Of a DNA stretch of 64,000 nt, positions 54,385 to 64,000 are shown one piece after another (position 1 is the first letter of the stretch; each line of letters opens with the position of its first letter). Source of the stretch: Lama guanicoe (taxonomy: Eukaryota); assembly GCA_013239625.1 (NCBI GenBank), contig MU054187.1:5963757-6027756 (forward strand), given 5' to 3'. Made by a program: the position numbers and the translations under genes. The notes under the pieces were generated by a model. That model was not told the DNA's origin and did not search any database. It worked only from the letters and a program-made list of their open reading frames with translations.

Positions 54385-55000
54385 TTTTTTTTTCAGTTAT
54401 ACATATATGTTCTTTATCATTATAGGTTATTACAAGGTACTGACTATAGTTCCCTGTGCTATGTGGTAAGTCCTTGTTGTTCATCTATTTTATATATAGC
54501 AGTGTCTGCTAATCCCCAACTCCTAATTTATCCCTCCCTCCTCCTTTCCCCTTTGGTAACCCGAAGTTGTTCTATGTCTGTGTGTCTGTTTCTGTTTTGT
54601 AAATAAGTTCATTTGTATCATTTTTTAGATTCCACATATAAGTGATATCATATGATATTTGTCTTTCTTTCCCTGATTTATTTCACTTAGTATGATAATT
54701 TCTAAGTCCATTCCATGTTGCTGCAAGTGGCATTATTTCATTCTTTTTTACGGCTGAGTAGTATTCCATTATATATATATATATACACCACATCATCTTT
54801 ATCCAGTCAGCTGTCAGTCGGCATTTAGGTTGCTTCTATGTCTTGGCTATTGTAAATAGTGCTGCTATGAATATTGGGGTGCAAGTGCCTTTCTGAGTTA
54901 GAGTTTTCCCCAGGTACATGCCCAGGAGTGGGATTGCTGGATTATATGGTAACTCTATTTTTAGTTTTTAAAGGAACCTCCACACTGTTTTCCATAGTAC
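54385..55000 (-). mobile_element. Younger L1 3' region
   Basis: ttagattccacatataagtgatatcata, ggctgagtagtattccatt, cccaggagtgggattgctgg, ggaacctccacactgttttccatag. Confidence 0.92.
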
Positions 55001-56089
55001 CATGTACTGTGTTTTATTGTTATAAAATTATATATATTTTTAATTTGAAAGTAATATGTGCACACAATAGAAAATTTAAACAGTACAGGAGAGTTCTCAC
55101 AGAAAAAAGGTATTCTGCCATCCACAGTTACCTCAGAGGCAACCACTATTGCTTGTTCTTTGTGTATCATTCCGGACATACCTATGCATTTATAAACATG
55201 CAGATGAATGTATGTATATGCACACATATGTGCATGTGCGTGTGTGTGTGTATTTATAAATCCTCCTGTCCTTTTTTCTACGACCATGAACATACCATGT
55301 ACATTCTCCTGCATCTAGGCTTTTTTTATACAACAGTATAGCTTGGAGATGATAGCATATCAGTACGTAAGCAGCTACCTCATTCTTTCTGATACCTGTG
55401 CAACCTCTCTTGTAAAGATAAAGTCTATTTTATGTGACTAGTTACACCATCATGGTCTGTATCTCTCTGATTAAATGTACCCTTTCTGAGGGCAATGGAG
55501 CGAATATAACCACAGCCATCCACAAATCCGGAGTGTGGTATCATCCACATAGAAAAAGCTTAATAAATAACGGATTATCAACTTTTACCCGTAAATAGGC
55601 AGAAAGTAATTCTATTTTATACAAATGTTATCAGAGTAATTTGGAAGAGTCTTATAGCATTCTCCAGTCAACTATGTCTGTCTTTCACTGACATTTTCCA
55701 TGGTGTAACATACCTGTTATCTCCAGCAAGTTTTGGAAAGCCCTGACCTTGAGGTATACTATGTCTCAGCTCATGAAGAGAGGGCTGAAGGGGTCCGATC
55801 CCCTGATGGGGCTGCCAGGGAAGGCACTGGGTCCAGCCAAGGCCCCAGGTGTAGAGTCAGGAACAGGGAATCTGCGGGACTAAGAGAACCACTCCAGGGA
55901 GAGCGCACAGTGGTACTGAGGAAGCCAGCTTCTGTTCTGCTTGTGGGAGGTGAGGCCCTCACCAGGCAGTGGGCAAAGGGACCAGGGGAGCTGGTATGAA
56001 CCGGTCTCAGGGAAGGAGGAGTTATAAAGTGCCAGGATGTTGGCTGGCTGGGTCCTAGTCTTAAAAAGGATGAGATAACCACCCCCCTC

Positions 56090-56580
56090 CACGGTTCACA
56101 GCAGTGTTATTCATATAAGAGCTACAAGGTGGAAACAGTCCAAGTCCCACATTCCATGAAGAGATGAATGGATAAAGCAAGGGTAGTCCATACATACTGT
56201 GGATTATGACTCAGCCTTAAAAAGGAAGGACATTCTGACACATGCTCCAACATGGGTGAACTTTGAAAACATTGTGCTAAGTGAAATAAGCCAGACACAA
56301 AAAGATAAATATTACATGATGCCACTCATGGGATACCTTGAGTTGGCCAAGTAATTGGGACAGAAAGTGGAATAGAGATTACCAGGAAGTGGAAAATGCG
56401 GAGTTAATATTTGGTGGGTACAGAGTTTCTGTTTGGGATGATTAAAAAAGTTCCAGAGGTGGATAGTGGTGATGGTTGCACAACCCTGTGAATGTACCTA
56501 ATGCCACTGGCTTGTACACTTACAGTTGGGTAAAATGGTATTTTTATAGTATATATATTTTTATCACAAATTTTTTTCAA
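56090..56580 (+). mobile_element. L1MB-like 3' end
   Basis: gttcacagcagtgttattcata...gatgaatggataaagc...gctaagtgaaataagccagacacaaaa. Confidence 0.9.
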
Positions 56581-57216
56581 AAAGGTGTGAGGCAAGAGAA
56601 ACATGTACAATTGTAGAACGTGGTATTGTTTCCCAAACTCAGTCATTCTTGTTCCACTGCTGTGATCTGTGTCATCTCTGAGCCCACATGTCCCATTTGA
56701 TCCTTGGTGGGTGAGGTCTGGTAATGTTACATTTTCTTTTCCTGAGAGTGGTAATAAAGAAATAGGCTTTGGTGAAACATGTGAAGCTGTACTCATGCGA
56801 CTTTCGACCCAGGGGACTTAGGCGTGACTCAAGGGCAGTGGCTTGTGAGGGCCCCACAACAGCCCATGGGGATGGGGACTGGGACAAGGTGGGTGGTTTG
56901 CAGCCCCAAGTCCACTTGGCTCCTGCCTTTTTGAGCCGGGGAAGCTCTGCTGGGAACTGAAGTCAGCATGTGGAATTCCATCCAGAGAAAACTGCAGAGA
57001 GGAGTGGAAGAGACGGGTTAATAAGAAGTCTTGCTAGCTCTCCAAATGAAAAACCCCAGCATAGTAGCTCAATCACATTAGAAACACATTAGAAACATAT
57101 TAACAAGTAATTACTTTGGAGGAAGTTAACTACGCTAAATTACAAATTAAGATAAAATTAGAAAGGTTTCTCCTTTCAGATTCAAGTACACAGAATATTT
57201 TTTAAAAAGCATTTCT

Positions 57217-57800
57217 CCAGAAATTGACACAACATTGTAAACTGTCTATACTTCAACAACAACAACAACATAAAGAAAGAAAGAAAGAAGGAAAGAAAGA
57301 AAGAAAGAAAGAAAGACTCCTCAGCCATAAAAAATAGAATAAAATAATGCCATTTGCAGCAATATGAGTGGACCTGGAGATCGTCATTCTAAGTGAAGTA
57401 AGCCAGAAAGAGAAAGAAAAATACCATGTATCACTCATATGTGGAATTTAAAAAAGAAAAAAAGACACAAATGAACTTATTTACAAAACAGAAACAGACT
57501 CAGACATAGAAAATAAACTTACGGTAACCAGGGGGGAAGGCGGGTGGGAAGGATAAGTCGGGAGTTTGAGATTCCTACCTACTTGTCAGAAACTAACTAC
57601 CATATAGAAAATAGATAAACAACAAGTTTCTACTGTAGAGCACAGGGAACTACACTCAGTATCTTGTAGTGACCCATAGTGAGAAAGAACATGGAAAGGG
57701 ATGTCTGTATGTACGTGCATGGCTGAATCATTGCCCTGGACACCAGAATTTGAAACTGACACAACATTCTAAACTGACTATACTTCAAAACAAAAAGAAG
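57217..57800 (+). mobile_element. Composite young L1 3' end with internal (CAA)n/(GAAA)n
   Basis: gccatttgcagcaa...gacctggagatcgtcattctaagtgaagtaagccag...gacacaacattctaaactgactatacttcaa; flanking AAG(C/T)ATTTCT at 57207 and 57798. Confidence 0.9.
57272..57316 (+). repeat. (GAAA)n microsatellite
   Basis: aaagaaagaaagaaagaaggaaagaaagaaagaaagaaagaaaga. Confidence 0.95.
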
Positions 57801-58392
57801 TATTTCTGTCTTTCTGTATTCAGCCATCCTAGCACCTTAAATGCAACACTCATTCTGTAAACGTTGTCACGTGTCCCCTCAGTGTCAGACGCCCTATGAG
57901 GAGCGGGTCCTGACCAACCTCTCATGGATCCACAGGCCGTACTGGGTGGGCGAGTCCCTGGGCCTGCCGTATCTCACCGCAGATCGGTGAGCCGGGAGTC
58001 GCTCGAGTCGCTCATGTTTCCACCCAGGAGAAGGCATTAGTCATGCTCGGGTGCATAATTCTCAGGTCAGTCTTAACCCAGAGCTGCAGCCTAAACAAGA
58101 TCTGGTGACAATCAGGGTGCAGGCTGGTCTGTCAAATGTGACTTTTCTCCCTTGAAAGCAGAGGAGCGGGCACACAATTAGAGGTTGAGGAGTTCAATTC
58201 ACAGCGGATTGTGAGAAAGGCAGGGAGTCTTTGGACAGCTATTAGAGTCCTGTTTGGGGCTCAGAAGGCCTGGGCTGGGGCCCCAACATTTTCTCAGTTA
58301 CAGCAGGGAAACCTCTCCAGCCTCAGATTCCCCATCGGTAAAAGAGTGTGGTAGGTACACGATCTGCAAAAACCAAAGCTAATATTCTTTCT

Positions 58393-58533
58393 TTTTAATT
58401 TTTTAATTTTATTTTGGGAGAAGTAATTAGGTTTATTTGTTTATTTAACAATTTTTTTTTAATGGAGGTGCTGGGGATTGAACCCAGGACCTCTTGTGCA
58501 CGTGCTCTACCACGGAGCTGTACTCTCTCCCCC
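58393..58533 (-). mobile_element. tRNA-derived SINE (Vic-1-like)
   Basis: gtaattaggtttattt...ggggattgaacccaggac; TSD GCTAATATTCTTTCT at 58378 and 58540. Confidence 0.9.
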
Positions 58534-59617
58534 GACAAGGCTAATATTCTTTCTACTGTGAATTGTCTGACCAAGGAGGAATAGTTATTGGCAAATACCT
58601 AAACCAGAGTTAAATGGAGGTGCATCATGAGATCTGACACATGTGATATGGAATTAGGCAACCTTAAATTATGACCTGTTCTCATTTTACATGCCACAGC
58701 ACAACTATGAGTCTGACATAGTTTAGCCCAGAATTGTCCACGCACTTGCGATGATAATATTATGTCCCCCTGTATGTCACTGACCCTGCTGAGATCACCA
58801 GAACAAAAACAAGCCCCGAGGCCTTGGCCTGGTTTAACACTGGAATCCAACCAAATGAGCCAACCCCAGGGACTCCACCCCCGGGACTCAAGGGAATAGA
58901 AGAGAAACGAGATACACTGCGTTATTTCTTAGTTGTTGTTGGCACACCTAGTTCCCCGAAGAGGATTTCAAATGGCCAGAAACCTCTACGTGTCATGTTC
59001 TAATCACATACATCTCCTGTCCCATGTTTAAACAAGGGACCGTGATTGTGGCCACTTCATGACTCCAGCTAATGATGCTTGTGCCTGGGGACCCTGCTCT
59101 GTGGCCAGCCAATCCTCCCGGGTCTCCGCCAAAGACAAGGACTCCCTTGGGTGAATGTGGCAGTTCCCCAGCCGGGCACCTTCCCCCAGGGTTGAACATC
59201 ACTTAGGAAAGTTGTATAACAGCTTGATGCCTCCAGCATACTCCGTTCAGGATACAAGGAGTCTCAGGACTCAACGGGAGTCCTGTAACTTTCTTTTTGC
59301 AGCTCCTTTCTTCCACGTAGAGACTATTCCAACCCCTGAACACGTGCCTTAAATCTCTTGACCCTTCATGAACAGCTCAGTCTTGGGAGATGATTAACCA
59401 CGGAATTAATAAGAAAAACAGAAGCTATGATAAACGAATTTGCTTAACTCTCTGCCATCTCTCTTTACTCCAACCTAGAGGCATATTGACATTTTCACCA
59501 GCTTTTCTTCGGTTTCAGAAAAATAGGTGTCGCTCCTCCCACCAACATCCAGCTCATGGTTTCCACCTCCCCATGGTCCTCACTCACCTGTGTTGTTACC
59601 TCACTCTCTCCTGGCTC

Positions 59618-59776
59618 CTCTCTCTCTCTCTCTCTCTCCCCTTCTCTCTCTCTCTCTCTTTTGGAATGAGGGGAGGTAATTAGGGTTATTTACTTATTTT
59701 CATGGAGGTATGGGAGTTAAACGCGGGACCTCGTGCAGGCTAAGCGTGTGCTCTACCACTGAGCTACACCCTCCCC
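59618..59776 (-). mobile_element. tRNA-derived SINE (Vic-1-like) with (CT)n tail microsatellite
   Basis: ctctaccactgagctacaccctcccc head; (CT)n at 59618-59659. Confidence 0.85.
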
Positions 59777-60234
59777 GCTCCTGTTTCTTATTCCAAAGTA
59801 ATGCATATCACCCTGATATTTAAAAAATATAAATGACAACAATTCCTCCTCCTCTCTCTTTGATGTGAGTTCTCCTCTGGATACTAACCCATCTCTCTCT
59901 ATTTCATGACCACGCTTCTGAGAAAAGAGTCTGAAGTCTACGCCACCTGCCTCCGCTTCCTCAATGCCCGTTAACTTCCTCTCCCCGCTGCGATCTGGCT
60001 CTTACCCTCAACTCCTGAAACTGGAAAGGTTAACAAAGACCAAGTCGAATGAACACTTCTTTCTCCTTCCCCGCCTGTCCTCTCCGTGACCTTCGGCCCA
60101 GGGGTGCCTTCCCTTCTAGAAACTCGTCTCCCTTGATGTCTTACTGTTTCTTTCAGGCCAGTCTTTGTGCGTTGTCTCCAGTGGCTTCTCTTTGGAGGCC
60201 TCCCTTCAGGATTTTTTCTGCCTGTCTCTTAACA

Positions 60235-60630
60235 GGTGTCTCACGTGGATAAGTCACGTCCCCAGTGCATCCCTCCTCGGGGCCGTCACGCCGTTTCCTG
60301 CTCCCCTCACATCGAGTCTGGGCTCGACCCTGTGACTTGCTTTGGTCCGTGGAACATGGGCAGATGTGAAGCCAGCAGAGGTTTGATGAGGGATTGGGTC
60401 TTGGGTCTTGCCCTCTTGGAACACTCCTTAGAAACTTCCGTGTCTTCTGGATGACTAAGATAAAAGGCCAAGTGGAGAGAAAGGGAGAGAGAAATAGAGA
60501 GAATGTCAGCTGCTCCAGGTTTTTCCAACTGAACCCAACCCCCAGCCAGTCACCAGCTGAATAATATATTTTTGTTTTAAGCTACTAAGTTTTGGGGTGG
60601 TTTGACATGCAGTAATAAGTGACTGAGACA
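60235..60630 (+). mobile_element. MLT1-type LTR fragment
   Basis: ccctgtgacttgctttggtcc...gggcagatgtga...tgttttaagctactaagttttggggtggtttg...gcagtaataagtgactgagaca. Confidence 0.8.
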
Positions 60631-60639
60631 ACCTGGTAC

Positions 60640-61660
60640 TTCACAGCTTATTGTAGCTCTCGTCAGCCTGCTTTCTTCCCATGCTGTGTGTTTCACCAAG
60701 CATCCATTCCACTGGATATAAATACCATTCATTCCTTGTAATTCTTACACCTACATTTCTAGACCTGATCCATCTTCTGAATGGACATCCCCACTTGAAT
60801 GTTCCACAGGCCAGCTCGTATTCCCACACCAAAGCACCGTGTTCTTCCACAAACCTCCTCCCCACTCACTCCTTATCTTGGTTAATGATGCAACTACTTA
60901 CCAGCCACTCCAAGGAGGGAACTTAGAAGTGAATCTCCACCCTTTCCCTTTCATTCACTTAGCACCCATCGGTCATTCACCACATCTTATCAAATATGTC
61001 ACCTAAATCTCTCTCCCACATTTATTCCTTTATCTCCATCACTTCACATGCTGCCCTGGGCAAGGACCTCACTATATTGTACTTTGACAATCACTAGTGT
61101 CTACTCACTGGCTCCCTGCTCCAAGGTTTGGTCCACTTATCCATGTTTGTCTGGATGATTTTCCTGCTGACAACCTTTTCGTGGCTTCTCACCTGTGGAA
61201 TAAGATGGATATTTCTTAATATGCTACTGAGCCCTTTCTGACCTGGCCCTACTTATATTTCCACTCTCAATTCCTGCCCTTTCCCTGTGTATGCTGTGCT
61301 CCGAGCCAAATTACTTACAGTGCCATCATTAGCCATCTGCCCCATGGATGTCTCGGACAGTCTTCCTGCCTGGTGTACCTCCCCACCCCTGCCATCTGCA
61401 GAGTCCTTGAAGAATAAGATTAAATGTCACATCCTCTATGAAGCCTCCCCTGCCTATTTGGGCAGAAGCAAACTTAGGTGTCCCTTCCTCTGAGCAATCA
61501 TGTACCCCACAGTGCCACTACATTTTAATTGTAATGATCGCTTAAATGTCTGTCTCCCTGAAGAGACTCAGAGAACTCCTCCAGGGTAGGGCTTGCTTTA
61601 TTTCTATTTTTGCAGCCCCCAGCAGAGTGTGTGATACAGAGCCATTGCTCAGTAAGTAGA
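60640..61660 (+). mobile_element. L2 fragments
   Basis: ggacatccccacttgaatgttccacagg..., aaatgtcacatcctctatgaagcctcccc, ccagggtagggct. Confidence 0.7.
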
Positions 61661-63844
61661 GGATAAGACACAGTATTTTCCCACTTGAAATGTTTTGTTA
61701 AAGTATCTTACTATAATTGGCTAAGTTAGCACCATGAATTTCCATTGATCAGTCTTCTAGAAATGGAGACAATGAGAGACTTTAGGTGGTGTTCAACATG
61801 ACTTAGGGTAAGTCTGGTGACAAATCATGGAGGCTGGAGCTGGTAACTGCGGGAGGAGCAGATGCCTCCTTGCAGGGCGGCGGCAGTGCCACGTTGGAAC
61901 CACTGTCTCCATGTTCCCCATCAGTGCTCCTTCCAGACAGAGCACTGCCTTCCCCAGCACAGGGGGCAGCGGTCGTGCAGTTCTGCTTTGTCTTCCCCAG
62001 GGGACGACAGCCTGTGTGACAAGTATTTAGGAACGTCTGGAGTTGAACAAGAAGTTGGTAACTGCTGTTATGTCTTCCCTTTTCTTGCCTCATGAGGCCT
62101 CGTCACTTTTCTCCTTGCTTCAGGGCAGTTTCCCACAGTCTTCGTCTCGTCAGGGCGATCTTTCAAAGTAGGGGTCGGACTTGCGGCTCTCTTGCTAAAT
62201 TCCTCAGTGAGCCTCCAAAGCCTGTGGGGTGCAAGGGTCCTCCTTGACCCTATCCACATCTCCAGTCTAACCTACTGCCTTCCCACCCTGCCATTGATAT
62301 GAGCAGGTAAGCCTTTAGCGAGCACTTTCATGTGAAGGCTCTGTGCCAACTGGAGATGGCAAAGGACAAGACAGAGTCATGGCCCCCAAGTAGCTCACAA
62401 CCCAGGGAGAAGCTGGAACAGGAATTCATTACAATTGAATGTAAACCAGTATGGATGGAGATGGGTACCTTTGGGAGAACAACCCATCCTGGGGAGTCAG
62501 AAAAGACCGAGGAGGAAGCACCCACCATATTCCACTCAGTGTGGAACCACTTACAGTGGCCTGGGTTCACCAGGCTTCGAAACGACTGGACCTCATTGCT
62601 GTCTGTTCTGCTCTCCTTGTTCCGAGGAAAGGCTCCCTTCTCCTAGGAAGTCTGCTGTGCTGTCCGGCCACAAGAATTGCTCCCTTCTTTATGCTGTCAC
62701 CAACCATGAACTCCATGCGGACAGGGAGCTAACTGTGTCCTCCAGGGCTAAGAGAGAGTCCGGCACACATAGGAATTCAATAAATATTTGCTAAAACTTA
62801 GGTAACCATGCTATCTTTGGGAGCCAACAGTGGCCTAATTGCAGCCCAAGTGGCTTTCTTTCATGTGATGTCTTCACCTTACCAGTCTTGACACTAGCCA
62901 GCAAAACAGTGGCAACCGGTTCCATCATGAGCGGAATCTGGAGGCAGAGGGACCCAGACAGCTGAATTCTTTCCCGTATGAAAACATTACAGAAGAGGGT
63001 TATGCTGTCATTCCGGTGATGGGAGAAATGCTTTTCAGACTTTTCTTTTTGGTGCTTTCTTCAGCATGTATAGCCCTCCAAATACCTATAGCTTAATTTT
63101 TTCTATATATTTTCAGTGATAGTGAATCTTCGTCATTTAAAGGTAAAATATATTGTCAAGCTCACCGCAATCATTTGGATACAAATTTGATAAAAGATGA
63201 GGTAGAACAATACAGGTTTTCATGGAAAAAAAAGAAACTGGGCACTAAAGAGAGTTATTTTCTATGACTTGCAATTGGTTCTGAACACAGTTTCAAAAGA
63301 TGAGCTCCAAAAATGCTTCAAAGTAGGTCCTCCACACTGGAATTAGTGTAACTGATGTAATATTTTAAGATTTATAACATCTGGAAGAACAGATACGGAA
63401 AAACAGATAGTTTTAAAAATTGGAGATGTTCTAAAGTCTGGGTAATTTTCAGTGGTTTTGGGTGTGCAAATTATCCTCCCCCTTTCCCTTCCCCTTTCTC
63501 CCATGAAGTATGACAGGTTGATTCATCATGGCTATGTCCCAAACAGAGACAAATATTTATCTGTCTAAGCAATAATGTAGTCCATTATAATGGTAGTCAC
63601 TGGAGTTCTTGGAAGAGATTCTTTTCATTCATCTCATGGGGCCTAGAAAACCTTTTTGTAACACGGTCAAGTTGTCCCTGGAATTCTCAATAGCTTTCCG
63701 GGGGCACCCACTTCATCCTCTAATGCCCACTTCCGGCCCCTGGTTCCTTTCCACTGCCCTCTGGCTACAAGTAACTCAAGTCCGTCCTATTCCCTCAGGG
63801 CTTAGCCTCCAAAATGACCATTTTCTCTTCGTACAAAACCAAAG

Positions 63845-63975
63845 CTACCAACCTATTAGATTGTACACTCCCAGAGGGTAGGAACGTCAGTCTGTTTTGT
63901 TCACTACTGTATCTCCAGCACCTAGATCAATGCCTGGAACCCTTTAGACACTCCATGTTGAATGAATGAATAAAT
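63845..63975 (+). mobile_element. L2 3' end
   Basis: gttttgttcactactgtatctccagcacctag...tgcctgg...gttgaatgaatgaa. Confidence 0.8.
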
Positions 63976-64000
63976 CTCTAAATTTGTTCATCCCAGCTAG

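Noticed and set aside
63050..63400. Possible mariner-derived (MARNA-like) fragment
   Set aside because: Only short motif resemblance (tccaaaaatgctt...ctggaattagtgta); boundaries unsupported

Overview
Mammalian genomic DNA, most likely a camelid, because it carries eight copies of a tRNA-derived SINE that looks like the camelid Vic-1 family. The first ~26 kb hold the last three coding exons and 3' UTR of RAB2A (+ strand) within repeat-rich introns. The rest is intergenic sequence toward CHD7 (the expected neighbour by mammalian synteny; no CHD7 exon is visible), dense in L1, L2, MIR, MLT1 and SINE relics. A CpG island at ~41.5-42.7 kb contains a 232-N gap. The most notable unexplained signal is an apparently decayed, spliced protein-coding gene on the minus strand between RAB2A and that island. 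Its core is a ~580-bp exon-like block (35323-35902) with splice signals and strong third-position GC bias but stops and frameshifts; further exon-like blocks lie at ~38.8-39.3 kb and ~29.9-30.6 kb. Its family cannot be fixed by eye. Repeat subfamily names and boundaries come from recognition of consensus motifs and are approximate.
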